This document shows positions 42,229 through 54,064 of a DNA stretch of 64,000 nucleotides, piece after piece (position 1 is the stretch's first letter; the number at the start of each line of letters is the position of its first letter). Origin of the DNA: an uncultured Nitrospinota bacterium (GTDB taxonomy: Bacteria; Tectomicrobia; Entotheonellia; J063; CAVPRW01). The DNA is taken from positions 128,001 through 192,000 of the forward strand of contig CAVPRW010000023.1 of the NCBI GenBank assembly GCA_963707985.1, given 5' to 3'. A program made the translations under genes and the position numbers. The notes under the pieces are model-generated. The model was not told where the DNA came from and ran no database searches. It worked only from the letters and a program-made list of their open reading frames with translations.

Positions 42229-42292
42229 GCCTACCAACCGCTTCGAGCGGGACGCGCACACAGCGCCGCGCCCCTCAAGCGGTATGTCGATT
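42229..42292 (+). other. Degenerate attC site ending the plus-oriented array
   Basis: GCCTACC-aaccgc-TTCGAGCGGGAC-gcgcacacagcgccgc-GCCCCTCAA-gcggtat-GTCGATT; both core triplets are mutated. Confidence 0.55.
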
Positions 42293-42519
42293 TTTGCGTA
42301 TACCGCTACGCACAGTGTTTGATCTGCCACCCGTGGCTGACGTAGCGCATCAGGCGATCACTGTCCAGGACTGTCACGCATGGTGCGCAGTCCTCAGCGG
42401 GAATTTTTTCCAATCGGTGCCCGCAGGAGGAGAATCTACCTACTCAAGCTCATAGTGGGGGCGTTAGACGGCGCAGAATGATTTTGGGAGGCGTGAACAT
42501 CTATGCAAGGGGGCGCGCA

Positions 42520-43467
42520 GTGATCGGAAGAAGTCTCGCATACCTAGCACTCATCGTCTCAGACGTGGAGGCGACAGCTGCCACCTTCGTCCGTGACTTC
42601 GGGTTGGGGCGTACCAACTGTGCCGTTGGGGACACCCATCGCACGGTGCCCGTGTTCCGCATCGGCACCACTGTTGTGGCGCTCTTCCCACCGGGTCACC
42701 CCTTTGTTAGCAACGAATCGAAGACCGGGGTTCACCACATCGCCTTTGAAGTCGAGGATCTGGACGAAGCCGCGAGCACGGCAGGCGCTGCAGGAGTCCC
42801 TGCAGCGGAGCATGAGCCCAGCCGGGGTCTCGGCGGGGCTCGTCGCCTGATGCTCTCTCCTCAGGCAACGGTCGGGGTCAAGACGTACCTTTCAGAGCCC
42901 CTATCGGTCGCGCCGTCGCGCGCCAGCTGGGTTGAGCGCATCGACCACCTTGGCGTCGCCAGCGCTGATAATGACGCCGCTATGGACGTATTTTGCCGGC
43001 GGCTGGGCTGTCCGCTCGAGAGCACCCAGACGGACATGGAGGTCCAAATCGCGCTAGAAAGCTTCACCTCAGATAGGTACGGCGTCGTATACCACACCAG
43101 AGCGGCTGAGCCAGTCGGCGGACTGCGCGTGGCATTTGTCACTGTCGGCGATTGCGAGCTCGAATTTCTCCAGGATCTCTATGTCCCTCAAGGCGGCCAA
43201 GTGGCACATCGCGGTCCCGGCAGCACCAAGCAAGATCAGGGCGCCATCGGCCGCTTTATCGCTGCCCGCGGGCCCGGGCTGCACCACATCGCGCTCAAAG
43301 TCACGGACATCAATGGCGCGCTCGCAAGCTTGAAGGGCGCGGGCCATGCGCTGATCGATACATCCGGCCGGCCGGGATCTCGCCGCGCCTTGATTGGATT
43401 CATTCATCCAAAGACCCTCAATGGCGTTCTCATCCACCTTGTGCAGCGCGATGACCTCTCGAGGTAA
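42520..43467 (+). CDS. VOC family protein (two domains, methylmalonyl-CoA epimerase-like)
   Basis: GVHHIAFEV, RIDHLGVA, GPGLHHIALKV, FIHPKTLNGVLI. Confidence 0.88.
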   Translation: MIGRSLAYLALIVSDVEATAATFVRDFGLGRTNCAVGDTHRTVPVFRIGTTVVALFPPGHPFVSNESKTGVHHIAFEVEDLDEAASTAGAAGVPAAEHEPSRGLGGARRLMLSPQATVGVKTYLSEPLSVAPSRASWVERIDHLGVASADNDAAMDVFCRRLGCPLESTQTDMEVQIALESFTSDRYGVVYHTRAAEPVGGLRVAFVTVGDCELEFLQDLYVPQGGQVAHRGPGSTKQDQGAIGRFIAARGPGLHHIALKVTDINGALASLKGAGHALIDTSGRPGSRRALIGFIHPKTLNGVLIHLVQRDDLSR

Positions 43468-43612
43468 CGTCGCCTTCGACTCCACTGAGGAGGATTGTGG
43501 AGAGCGGATCACGGCACGTCGCGAGGCAGGTGTGTATGGCCAGCCCGGTCAACCGTGCGTACGAGAATCTCCGCGGTCACACCAGCGAGAATTGCGGCGT
43601 AATGCTGGGGTA

Positions 43613-44263
43613 CTATCGGCTCCGGCCTTGGTCAATATGGCACTTGGCGTCTGTCGATAGCACCCGCAGATAATGCTTACCCTGTCTGCGGCGCATCAGA
43701 AGGAAGCCGAGGGCGATTACAACGGCGGCGATCGCAACCCCGAGCAACAGATAGCGATGAATAGATGCAGACATCTGTTCCCATTCATCGCCGAGAACAA
43801 AACCGATGCTGATGAAGCTGCCGGACCAGAGCAGTCCTCCAAGGTAGGCATAGGTCGCGAACACTGGCAGGGGCAACCGCGACGACCCGGCCACATAGGC
43901 TGCCAGATGGCGTATACCAGGGATAAAATAGCTGATGACAAGCCCATACTTGCCCTTGCGCTCGTACCAGGTGCGAACCTGGTCGAGTTGCGCAGGTTCG
44001 ATATGCAAAAAGCGACCTAGACGAGTGACGAGATACGGCCCGAGCATTCGACCTAGTGCATAGCTGACGGTGATACCACAGATGCTGCCCAAAAACCCTG
44101 CGGCAAACGTGGGCAACGGCTCCAACTCGTGCTTGAAAATCAAATATCCGGCAAACATGAGCAACGTCTCATCAGGGATGGGGAGCCCCACGATCCCCAG
44201 CATGAGCAACCCAAAAATCCCTACGTAACCGTAATGCGCCACCCAGCCGAGCACTGTCGCCAT
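43613..44263 (-). CDS. DedA family membrane protein
   Basis: GLPIPDETLLMFAG, FIPGIRH. Confidence 0.92.
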   Translation of the reverse strand: MATVLGWVAHYGYVGIFGLLMLGIVGLPIPDETLLMFAGYLIFKHELEPLPTFAAGFLGSICGITVSYALGRMLGPYLVTRLGRFLHIEPAQLDQVRTWYERKGKYGLVISYFIPGIRHLAAYVAGSSRLPLPVFATYAYLGGLLWSGSFISIGFVLGDEWEQMSASIHRYLLLGVAIAAVVIALGFLLMRRRQGKHYLRVLSTDAKCHIDQGRSR

Positions 44264-44268
44264 GGGAT

Positions 44269-45684
44269 TTACTGCTTCGTGTGATCGCGCACGGCAACCT
44301 GCCCCTGCCGCGAGAAATTGATCGACTCGCCGAGGATGCGGGCGGCCTCCTGCGGTGCATGAAAGCCCATCGAGTTCTCGGCTTCGACGAAGTCGAGGAA
44401 AAACTGGGCCCGGCGCTGAAAGTCCCGCGCCTTCGCTAGCTCAGCCTCACTCATACCGGCGGCACGGGCGGACTTGAGATCATTGATCAACTCCACGAGC
44501 GCGTCCATCGCCAGATTGCGCAGGGCAAAAGTACGCTCTTGAATGGTCTCGACGCGCGCCTTGAGCTCCGTTTCAGGCCAGCGGTGACAGGTCTGGCAGG
44601 CGAGGTTGATGTTCAACATCGGACTGCGCACGTGATGGTCGCTGATCTTCAATGCTCCCTCGCGTTTATAGGGCATATGACAGTCGGCGCAGGCGACCCC
44701 TGAACGCGCATGAATGCCCTGGTTCCAGAGCTCGAACTCGGGGTGCTGCGCCTTCAGCACCGGCGCGCCGCTCTCCGCGTGCGTCCAGTCTTTGAAGCCG
44801 ATCGCATCATAGTAGCCCAGTATGTCCTCGACTTTCAGCCCTCTGGCCCAGGGGTATACCAGGCGCTTTTCCGGGCCCTGGAAATAGTACTCGACATGAC
44901 ATTGGCCGCACACATAGGAGCGCATCTCCTGGCGCGTCGCCATCTTGTTGACATCATACTCGGGGATCCCCTGAGCTGCTTTGAGTGTGCGCATGCCTTC
45001 GATGAACCCCGGGCGTGTCACTCGTAGCTGCATGGTCGCTGCGTCATGGCAGTCGATACAGGCCACCGGATGGGTCACCAGCTGCCGAGCCTCGGCAAAC
45101 GGCATCTGATTCAGGCGCTCAAAACCCTTGATCAGGTCACCCTGGCCCAGCTGTTTATACGTCACATAAACCGACGCATGGCAGTGCAGGCATGTGCCAG
45201 GTTGTTGCACGACCTGCTGGCGCTCGGTGAAGGTTTGGTCCGCGAGCATATAGGCATGACCTCGATCCTCACGAAAATCCCTGGCAAAGGCATACCCAGC
45301 CCACATCGTCTTCAACCGGGGGTCCTCTTCGAGACGGGACTGAGCCACAATGGAGCGCGGATCGGCCTGTGCGGGGGTGCGTGGTACGGCCTCGCTGCCG
45401 CCAAAGCGTGTGCGCTGCTGGTCAACCGTGCGCAGATAGGCATCATATTGCAGGGGAAAGTTTTTACCCCAGAGGCTTGGATCGGTGGTCTCATCGTCGA
45501 GCTCGACTACCCGATAGAAAGGATTTCTGGCTTCCTGCTTGCGCTCGAAGATATTGATCAGCAGCGCCGCGCCTCCGGCCGCCAGAACCGCGGCAACAAA
45601 GGCGATAAGTAGGACCGGAACGTAGCGGCGGCGAGGTGGTGCACTCTCCCGTCGTGGGGGTGGCCGTCGAGGCGCTCTGGCCAT
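44269..45684 (-). CDS. nrfA: Pentaheme cytochrome c552 nitrite reductase (ammonia-forming), CXXCH-type first heme
   Basis: WAGYAF..RGH, five heme motifs (CLHCH, CIDCH, CGQCHVEYYF, CADCHMPY, CQTCH), KAQHPEFE, ENSMGFHAP. Confidence 0.95.
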   Translation of the reverse strand: MARAPRRPPPRRESAPPRRRYVPVLLIAFVAAVLAAGGAALLINIFERKQEARNPFYRVVELDDETTDPSLWGKNFPLQYDAYLRTVDQQRTRFGGSEAVPRTPAQADPRSIVAQSRLEEDPRLKTMWAGYAFARDFREDRGHAYMLADQTFTERQQVVQQPGTCLHCHASVYVTYKQLGQGDLIKGFERLNQMPFAEARQLVTHPVACIDCHDAATMQLRVTRPGFIEGMRTLKAAQGIPEYDVNKMATRQEMRSYVCGQCHVEYYFQGPEKRLVYPWARGLKVEDILGYYDAIGFKDWTHAESGAPVLKAQHPEFELWNQGIHARSGVACADCHMPYKREGALKISDHHVRSPMLNINLACQTCHRWPETELKARVETIQERTFALRNLAMDALVELINDLKSARAAGMSEAELAKARDFQRRAQFFLDFVEAENSMGFHAPQEAARILGESINFSRQGQVAVRDHTKQ

Positions 45685-45726
45685 ATCTTCTCCTAGGTAA
45701 TGGTTGATCGCAAAATTCAGCCATGA

Positions 45727-46185
45727 TCAAAGGTGCCCAACCCCGCCATGGCAGCGTATACATGACAGCTGAACTCCTTCCTGATGCGGGCCTTCAATTG
45801 CCTCTACGATGGCACGATGACAGCTGCGACAGGCCTGCTCAGTGATCGCTCGATTGCGCCCCCCAATGCTCAAGGGCTCAGGAAATCTCCCGGTGGTGAA
45901 AGCGAAAGAGTGCCAGAAGCCATTCGAAGCCTTGGCCACGTATTTGGCCATAAAGCCGGCTGGTGTGTGACAATCATTACAGACCGCAACCATGCGATGA
46001 CTCGCCTTGATCCAGCCGTCATACTGCTCCTGCATAATGTGACAGTTCGCGCACGCAGCAGGATTGTCCGTCAGGTATGACGCCCCTCGGGCATACAGAA
46101 AGGTATAACTGCCGAGGCCAATCACCAGGCCCACGGCCATCCCAATCATGATGACTACTATCGTCTCGAACCTCACATCCACCAC
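45727..46185 (-). CDS. nrfH: Cytochrome c nitrite reductase small subunit
   Basis: N-terminal TM, four CXXCH motifs, C-terminal VGH. Confidence 0.95.
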   Translation of the reverse strand: MVDVRFETIVVIMIGMAVGLVIGLGSYTFLYARGASYLTDNPAACANCHIMQEQYDGWIKASHRMVAVCNDCHTPAGFMAKYVAKASNGFWHSFAFTTGRFPEPLSIGGRNRAITEQACRSCHRAIVEAIEGPHQEGVQLSCIRCHGGVGHL

Positions 46186-46218
46186 CTATAGCGGTTTTCA
46201 GATCAGCTTATGGCCGTA

Positions 46219-48876
46219 TCACCGCCTGCGCTTCACCCATTTCTCAATCTCCACAGCCACGAACACGAGTGCCGCGATGGCCAGGGTTGCCGCCAACTCT
46301 CCGAGGCTTAATGGCGCGGTTTTGAAGATGTGATTGAGAGCTGGTACATAAATGGTGGCCATTTGTAGGACGAATGTCAAGGCAACGGCGCTGAGGAGGG
46401 GTAGATTCGAAAACAATCCCTGACTGAAGAGTGATTCGTGCTCGGAGCGGATGGCCAGGACGTGCGCGAGTTGCGACAGACAGAGAACGGTAAATACCAT
46501 GGTCTGCCAGTGCGATGACCCACTGGCGAGAGACCAGGCTTGAGTGCCAAGCACCAGGGCTGCCATCAAGGGACCGACCCACAGCACATGGGCTCCGAGC
46601 CCGCGGGCGAAGATGCTCTCCTGTGGTGGGCGTGGCGGGCGGCGCATGATATGCGATTCTTCCGGCTCCGCCGTGAGCGCCAGACCGGGCAAGCCATCGG
46701 TGACCAGGTTGATCCAGAGGATTTGGATCGGCAGCAGTGGGATGGGTAAGCCGCAGAGAGGGGCCAGGAACATCGTCCAGATCTCGCCCGAGTTCGTGGT
46801 CACGGCATAGCGCACAAAGCGGCGGATATTGTCATAGATCCGGCGCCCCTCACGGACGGCTCGCACGATGGTGGCAAAATTGTCATCCAGGAGGATCATG
46901 GCACTGGCTTCTTTCGCGACATCCGTGCCTGCAATCCCCATGGCTACGCCAATATCGGCCCGTTTTAGCGCCGGGGCATCGTTCACTCCATCGCCGGTCA
47001 TCGCCACCAACTCCCCGCGCTCCTGCAGGGCTGTGACGATTTTCAATTTTTGCTCAGGCGCGACCCGGGCGTAGACCCGAATCTGCTCCACACGTGCTCT
47101 CAACTCCTCGGTTGAGAGCTGTGCCAGTTCTTCGCCGGTCAGCACACTGTCACCTTGATCCTGGATACCCAAGCGCTGGGCGATCGCTTTGGCGGTCAGC
47201 GGATGATCGCCGGTGATCATCACCGGGACAATCCCGGCGTCCTTGCATTGGGACACTGCCTGCCGTGCCTCCTCGCGGGGCGGGTCCATCAACCCGACAA
47301 AACCGAGGAGGATCAGGTCACGCTCCATGACCTCTGGCGTGATGGCCTCCGGCAGAAGCGACCAGCGCCGCATGGCGATGGCGAGAACGCGCAGACCATC
47401 GGCGGCCAGACGGTCATTGACGCCCAGCAATTGGGCAGAATCGAAGTCGATCGGCCCGGATGAGGAGGACATCTGCGTGGCACGCGCGAGAATGACTTCC
47501 ACCGCCCCCTTCGTCACCGCCAGAAACCCGCCTTCGGGGTCCTGGTGAACCGTGGTCATACATTTGCGGTCCGCATCGAAGGGGATCTCGGCAATGCGCG
47601 GATAGTCCCTTTCCAGGGCTAATTTCTCCAGACCGGCCTGGCGGGCGGCAACCGTGAGCGCCACCTCTGTGGGATCGCCGATCAAGGTCCCCGTCTCATC
47701 GGTACGAGCGTCGCTGCACAGTGCCATGGCGCGGAGCAGATCATTCCAAAGTGGGCCACGGCCCGGATGCTGCTCAAGCACTCCGTCGCAGTACAGGGCC
47801 TCGACCTGCATGCGATTCATGGTCAGAGTGCCGGTCTTATCGGTGCAGATGTAGGTGACCGAGCCCAGGGTTTCGACCGCCGGAAGGCGCCGGACGAGCG
47901 CATTGGTTCGCACCATCGCCCGGGCGCCGAGGGCCAGCGCGATGGTCACGACCGCGGGGAGAGCTTCGGGAATGGCCGCCACCGCCAGGCTGACGGCCGT
48001 AAGGAACATCAACAGCGCGGCCTCACCACGCCAGAGACCCATGACGAACACGACGGCGCAGATCACCAACGCTGCCATCGCCATGCGTCGGCCGAAATGG
48101 CTGAGCCGTCGCTGCAGGGGAGTCTTGACATCATCGGCTTGTTGCAGGAGCGTGGCGATTTTACCGAATTCGGTCGCCATGCCGGTGGCGACTACCACCC
48201 CGCGAGCGTGGCCGTAGGTGACTATTGTACCCTTATACGCCATATTGCTACGGTCGCCGAGGGGAGGTGTGGCATCGGAGATTGGATCGATCGACTTTTC
48301 GACTGGCATCGACTCGCCGGTGAGGGCCGATTCATCCACCCGCAGGTGTGCGGAGTCGAGGAGTCGGAGGTCGGCGGGGACGATGTTCCCCGCCTCGAGC
48401 CAGACGATATCACCTGGCACCAAGGCCGACGCTGGGAGCGACGCCATGCCGCCATCGCGCAGGACTGTCGCCGTCGGGGCAGCCATAGCCTTCAGCGCTT
48501 CCATGGCGCGGTCAGCTCGGTACTCCTGAATAAAGCCGATCACCGCGTTCAGGACGACGATGACGATGATGGCGATGGTATCTTTGGCTTCACCGATCAG
48601 GCCGGAGATGACGGCCGCAGCCAGGAGCACGAGGATCATGACGTCGGTGAACTGATCAACAAACATGCGCAAGGGAGTGCGGCGCTTCCCCTCGGTGATC
48701 TCGTTCGGACCGACAGCCGCGAGTCGTCGCTGCACCTCTTGTGCAGCCAACCCCTGCGGGGTGCTCCGCAGCGCCTCCACTACGGCCTCTACTGACATCT
48801 GGTGCCAGGGACGAGCGGTCTCAGGTGCAGCCGACGCTCGAGGTGACTCGTGATCCGCCGTGGCGCCGAGATTCAT
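46219..48876 (-). CDS. Cation-translocating P-type ATPase (type IIA, Ca2+-like)
   Basis: TGES, AIPEALP, DKTGT, TGDGVNDAP, INLVTDG. Confidence 0.95.
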   Translation of the reverse strand: MNLGATADHESPRASAAPETARPWHQMSVEAVVEALRSTPQGLAAQEVQRRLAAVGPNEITEGKRRTPLRMFVDQFTDVMILVLLAAAVISGLIGEAKDTIAIIVIVVLNAVIGFIQEYRADRAMEALKAMAAPTATVLRDGGMASLPASALVPGDIVWLEAGNIVPADLRLLDSAHLRVDESALTGESMPVEKSIDPISDATPPLGDRSNMAYKGTIVTYGHARGVVVATGMATEFGKIATLLQQADDVKTPLQRRLSHFGRRMAMAALVICAVVFVMGLWRGEAALLMFLTAVSLAVAAIPEALPAVVTIALALGARAMVRTNALVRRLPAVETLGSVTYICTDKTGTLTMNRMQVEALYCDGVLEQHPGRGPLWNDLLRAMALCSDARTDETGTLIGDPTEVALTVAARQAGLEKLALERDYPRIAEIPFDADRKCMTTVHQDPEGGFLAVTKGAVEVILARATQMSSSSGPIDFDSAQLLGVNDRLAADGLRVLAIAMRRWSLLPEAITPEVMERDLILLGFVGLMDPPREEARQAVSQCKDAGIVPVMITGDHPLTAKAIAQRLGIQDQGDSVLTGEELAQLSTEELRARVEQIRVYARVAPEQKLKIVTALQERGELVAMTGDGVNDAPALKRADIGVAMGIAGTDVAKEASAMILLDDNFATIVRAVREGRRIYDNIRRFVRYAVTTNSGEIWTMFLAPLCGLPIPLLPIQILWINLVTDGLPGLALTAEPEESHIMRRPPRPPQESIFARGLGAHVLWVGPLMAALVLGTQAWSLASGSSHWQTMVFTVLCLSQLAHVLAIRSEHESLFSQGLFSNLPLLSAVALTFVLQMATIYVPALNHIFKTAPLSLGELAATLAIAALVFVAVEIEKWVKRRR

Positions 48877-51618
48877 GACTGCGGGGACTCGACGCCAATG
48901 CGCGCATCGACGATCTGACACCCCTGGCCAGGGGGAAGAGCAAAGATGGGGTTGAGGTCAAGCTCGGTGATCTCGGGGATTTCTTCAACCATCAGCGAGA
49001 TGCGCAGGAGAACCTCCTCCAGGGCTTTCACGTCTGCCGGTGGATGCCCTCGGTAGCCCTCGAGCAAGCGGAAGCCACGAATCTCGCGCACCATCTCGCT
49101 CGCATCGCGGTCGGTCAGCGGCGTGATGCGGAAGCGCACGTCCCCCAGAATTTCCACATGGATGCCCCCCAGACCGAAGGCGATCAGCGGGCCAAACGAG
49201 GGGTCAGTGGTGACCCCGACCATCACCTCCACACCGCCGGTCAGCATGGGTTGGACCAGCACGCCTTCCATGGCCTGCACGTTGTCGTGCTCGGCAAGGC
49301 GCTGGCGGATGGTCGCGAAGGCCTGTCGCACCGCGGCCTCGTCCGTGAGATTGAGGAAGATGCCGCCCATCTCGGTCTTGTGGACGATCACATGCGAAGC
49401 CAGCTTCACAGCCACGGGAAAGCCGATACGCCGCGCCAGTTCCGCCGCTTCGTCGGCTGTCCGCGCCACCCCACCTGGTGCCACCGGCAAGCCCATGGCG
49501 GTCAAGACTTGTCGGGTTTCCTCTGTGTTGAGCCAACCGCTGCCGCGCTGTGCGAGAGCTTGACGACACGTCTGACGAGCGCCTTCAGCATCGATATCAT
49601 CGAACTCCAAGAACATGCCCACCGGTTGCGCGCACCACTCCGCGTAATCAGCCACCTTGCTCAGGACACGAGCTGTCGTCTCCGGAAAGGCATACGTCGG
49701 AACGCACTCATGCGCGAGCTGTAATGGCAGGGTGGTGCCCTCTTCTACCATCAACGAGGCCAGGACCGGTTTGCCTATGCCTCCCGCCTGCCGCCCAGCC
49801 TCGATGCCGGCGTGGATAGCGTCGAGGATCGCCGGCCGCTGGGAGGTGTCCACCGGGATGTAGATCACCACCAAGCACGTCGATTTCATCGCAGGACAAC
49901 AGCGTCTCAATGGTCTGACGATAATGGTCCGGACCCGCCGAGGCGATCATATCGACCGGATTGCTCAGGCTCGCCTGTGGTGGAAGAAAGGCTGACAGGC
50001 GGGCTTTGGTTGCCGAGGACAATTCCGGAACCAACAGTCCACCGGCCTCGCAGGTATCGGCGCAGAGAATCCCCGGGCCACCGGCATTGGTGATAATGGC
50101 GACGCGCCGCCCCTGTGGCAGGGGCTGGCTCGCCAGCGCGGCAGCGACATCGAACATCTCGGCCAGCGTGTCCGCCCGAATGACGCCGGTCTGCCGGAAT
50201 AAGGCATCAACGGCGACGTCATTGGCCGCCAGGGCGGCTGTGTGGGAGCCCGCCGCACGTCGTCCCGCCCCGGTTCGACCACTTTTCACCGCGATAATCG
50301 GCTTGCGCCGGCTGACGCGGCGGGCGATGCGCGCAAAGCGCCGCGGGTTGCCGAAGGACTCCAGGTAGAGGAGGATGACATCGGTCTGCTCGTCTTCCTC
50401 CCAAAATTGCAGCAGGTCGTTGCCGGAGACGTCGGCCTTATTCCCGACGCTGACAAAGGTCGACAGCCCTAACTGTAGCCGCCGCGCCAGCGCCAGGATA
50501 GCCAGCCCGAGGGCACCGCTCTGAGACGACATGGCGATGCGGCCCGGCGGTGGAAACACCGGCGAAAAGGAAGCGTTCAGGTGCACTGCCGGATCGGTAT
50601 TCAGTAGCCCCAGGCAGTTCGGACCTACCATGCGCATGCCGTACCCACGGACCTTTTCTACCAGGCGCTGCTGTATCTCGCGCCCCTCAGCGCTGACCTC
50701 GGCGAAGCCCGCCGTGATCACCACGAGGGCTTTGACCCCGCGCTCGGCACAGTCATCCACCACCGGTAGCACGGCATCACGCGGCACCGCGATCACTGCC
50801 AGATCAATTGGTTCCGGGATCTCACGCACCGAGGGGTAGGCACGTATCGAGCCCACCACCGTTGCCTTCGGATTGACCGGATACACTGGACCTTGAAAAC
50901 GGTTCATGATGAGCGCTTCAAGGAGTCTATAGCCGATGCTGGTCGGGTCGCGCGAAGCACCGACGACGGCCACCGAGACTGGGCGAAAGAGCGGACGGAG
51001 TGAGGCGGTGGTGAAGAGGCGGTCGAGCAATTCCGAGCGCGCCACGCTTGCCTCGGTGGGCAACACTGAAAAAGACAGGTGGACGTAGCCGTGATCGAAT
51101 TTCTCCTGGAGCTTGAACCCAGACCTGCGAAACACTTCCAGCATTGGCCGGTTGTCCACGTGAGTTACCGCCCAGAAGTGCGTGATGCCGTGATTGACTG
51201 CCAGCTGCGCCAGACGTTCCAGCAGCAGCGAGGCCAACCCCTTGCCGTGAAACGCGTCATCCACGGCAAACGCGACCTCGGCGAGATGATCTCGCTCCTT
51301 CTCGGTGAGATACGAGCCCGTGGCAATGATGTGTGGACTCCCGCCGCTGGTACGGCTGACCAAGAGGCTGAGTTGTTGACGTGGATTGGTGGGATCACAG
51401 AGCGCATTCACCCAATCGCCTCGCGGCGTGGCCAGTGAGAAAAAGCGCTTTTGCCTCGACTCGGGAGAGAGCTGATCGAAAAAGGCGAGGAGGGCTTCGC
51501 GATCATCGGGCTGGACGATACGGATGGTGGCAGTCGAGCCGTCTCGTAAGATAAGCCTTCCGGATGCCGCCGAATCCTGATAGGGTGCCGGCAAATAGAT
51601 CGGATGTACCTGAGCCAC
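48873..51618 (-). CDS. GNAT N-acetyltransferase / ADP-forming acyl-CoA ligase fusion (Pat-like); frameshift near 49875
   Basis: GNAT (AEVAFAVDDAFHGKG), CoA-binding (VGAS.., GPNCLG, SQSG, SHT) and ATP-grasp (HKTEMGG, LDLNP). Confidence 0.9.
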
Positions 51619-51711
51619 TGCCTATCCCTCCTCGAAAAAATTGCATCCCAATTGAGCCAGTAAACGCAGCCTCTTAATACATAGGCGCCAGGATACGCAC
51701 CTCGCTGGTGT

Positions 51712-51731
51712 CCCTCTCCCCTGGGAGAGGG
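51712..51731. repeat. REP-like palindrome downstream of hypE
   Basis: ccctctccc-ct-gggagaggg. Confidence 0.5.
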
Positions 51732-51741
51732 GGCTTACCCC

Positions 51742-52833
51742 TCAACAGATGCGGGGCAATTGCTCCCCGCTCAGCATATCGACGATACGTGTGGCGCCAA
51801 TGGCGGTCTGCATCGTCACGCCGCCTACGTCTGCAGCAACCCGTTCGCTCCTCGTGGCGACCTGCCCGATGATACTCGCTTCGCGACCAAGGGGCTGAGC
51901 TTGCATGATGGCTAGGGCACGCGCGGCCTCTGACGCAGGGACGAAGGCGAGGAATTGCCCCTCGTTGGCGACATAGGACGGATCGAGGCCAAGGATTTCG
52001 CACGCCCCCTGGACATCCTCATGGACAGGGATCTGCCGTTCGTCGATGCTGATTTGCAGTTGAGCGGCTTCTGCAAGCTCGACCAACGCGGTCGCCAGGC
52101 CCCCACGCGTTAGGTCTCGCAGACAGTGAATGTCAAGACCGGCATCCAGGAGATGCAATACTAACTCAGCCACGGGAGCACAATCGCTCTCGATGGTACT
52201 CTCGAAGGCCAAGCCTTCGCGGACAGCCATGATTGCCATGCCATGACGGCCAACATCGCCGCTCAAGAGAATGGCGTCGCCCGGCCGAATGCTGTGAGGA
52301 GCGATGATGTGGCGATGGGAGACGACCCCAATCCCGGTGGTATTGATGAAGATGCCGTCCCCCTTGCCTTTATCCACGACTTTGGTGTCCCCGGTGACGA
52401 ACTGCACCTGCGCCACCTCCGCGGCACGGTGCATGGATTGCACCACGCGCCAGAGGGTTTCCATGGGTAATCCTTCCTCGATGATGAGCCCCACGCTGAG
52501 ATATAAAGGACGTGCCCCACACATAGCGAGATCGTTGACCGTACCGTTGACGGCTAAGGTGCCGATATCCCCGCCGGGGAAGAAAAGCGGCTGTACCACA
52601 TAGGAGTCGGTCGTGAATGCCAGTCGAGACCGGCATTGATTCGTCTCATCGGTCATGTCGATCAGGGCCCCATCGTGCCGCGTCTCGAGGAGCGCGTTGC
52701 CAAGGGCCGGCAAGAACATCCTTTCGATGAGCTGATGTGTTAATCTGCCGCCTCCCCCGTGTGCAAGCAGCACGTGTGGATAGTCCGCGATGGGGATGGG
52801 GCAACTGAGGGCAATATTTGAGGCACGTTTCAC
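51742..52833 (-). CDS. hypE: Hydrogenase maturation protein HypE
   Basis: [28 protein letters not shown]-terminal PRIC. Confidence 0.95.
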   Translation of the reverse strand: MKRASNIALSCPIPIADYPHVLLAHGGGGRLTHQLIERMFLPALGNALLETRHDGALIDMTDETNQCRSRLAFTTDSYVVQPLFFPGGDIGTLAVNGTVNDLAMCGARPLYLSVGLIIEEGLPMETLWRVVQSMHRAAEVAQVQFVTGDTKVVDKGKGDGIFINTTGIGVVSHRHIIAPHSIRPGDAILLSGDVGRHGMAIMAVREGLAFESTIESDCAPVAELVLHLLDAGLDIHCLRDLTRGGLATALVELAEAAQLQISIDERQIPVHEDVQGACEILGLDPSYVANEGQFLAFVPASEAARALAIMQAQPLGREASIIGQVATRSERVAADVGGVTMQTAIGATRIVDMLSGEQLPRIC

Positions 52834-52876
52834 GGCACGCCATCCTTTAGCAAGGGAACGAGAGCTCCCACGCAGG

Positions 52877-53962
52877 TCAAAATCTACGGTAACGATAATA
52901 CGCTGCACATGCTCCCTCCGAGGAGACCATGGTAGCGCCGAGCGGGCGCTCTGGGGTACAGCTCGTCGCGAAGGCCGGGCAGTCGTGAGGCTTTTTGATG
53001 CCTTGCAGGATAAGCCCGCTCATACATAGTGAGGATTCCGGCCGGAGATGATCGGCGACACCAAAGCGCTGTTCGGCGTCAAACTTGACGTATGGTTCCC
53101 GGAGCCCCAAACCGCTGTGCGCGATCTCGCCAATCCCCCGCCACTGTCGCGGTATTACTCGAAAGATCTGCTGAATTAATTGCTGCGCTAGCTGGTTGCC
53201 TTGCCGGCGCACGGCACGACGATATTGGTTCTCCACCTGAGCCCGCCCCTCCTCCAGCTGCCTGACGCACATATAGATGCCCTGCAAAATATCCAACGGC
53301 TCAAAGCCGGTGACCACAATCGGCACGCCATACGTGCGGGCGAGCGGCTCGTATTCGGTGTATCCCATGACGGTGCAGACATGCCCAGCGGCGAGGAATC
53401 CGTGGACGCGGTTCTGTGGCGAGGTGAGTATGGCCTCCATCGCCGGAGGCACGAGGACATGCGACACCAGAAGTGAGAAATTATCGAGTCCCTGCTGCTC
53501 AGCTTGATAGACGGCCATGGCGTTGGCAGGTGCAGTGGTCTCGAACCCGACGGCAAAGAAGACCACTTCCTTGTGCGGATGCTCTTCGGCCGTACGCAAA
53601 GCGTCCATGGGTGAGTAGACGATGCGCACATCACCCCCCCGGGCTTTCACCGCTAGCAGGTCGCGGCCCGTTCCAGGCACCCGCAACATATCCCCGAAGG
53701 AGCAGAAAATGACCTCTGGGCGGGCCGCGATCTCGATGGCTTTGTCGATCATTTCTATAGGTGTAACGCAGACCGGACAACCTGGACCATGGACGAGTGC
53801 GATGTTCTGCGGTAGCAACTCATCGATCCCAAATCTCACGATCGCATGGGTCTGTCCACCGCAGACCTCCATGATGGTCCAGCTCTGCGTCGTCCGCTGA
53901 GCAAGGGCCTCAGCAAACCGCCGTGCCGCTTCGGCATCCCGATATTCGTCGATGAAACGCAT
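52877..53962 (-). CDS. hypD: Hydrogenase maturation protein HypD
   Basis: [29 protein letters not shown]. Confidence 0.97.
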   Translation of the reverse strand: MRFIDEYRDAEAARRFAEALAQRTTQSWTIMEVCGGQTHAIVRFGIDELLPQNIALVHGPGCPVCVTPIEMIDKAIEIAARPEVIFCSFGDMLRVPGTGRDLLAVKARGGDVRIVYSPMDALRTAEEHPHKEVVFFAVGFETTAPANAMAVYQAEQQGLDNFSLLVSHVLVPPAMEAILTSPQNRVHGFLAAGHVCTVMGYTEYEPLARTYGVPIVVTGFEPLDILQGIYMCVRQLEEGRAQVENQYRRAVRRQGNQLAQQLIQQIFRVIPRQWRGIGEIAHSGLGLREPYVKFDAEQRFGVADHLRPESSLCMSGLILQGIKKPHDCPAFATSCTPERPLGATMVSSEGACAAYYRYRRF

Positions 53963-54064
53963 GTGGCCCTCCTCCCACGCTGCCCATCGGCGGCAGGTGA
54001 TGCTTCCAGACGATGTTCCCTCACCCTCCGGCAGCGGGATGCAAGTCGGCCTTCCGACTCTCGG

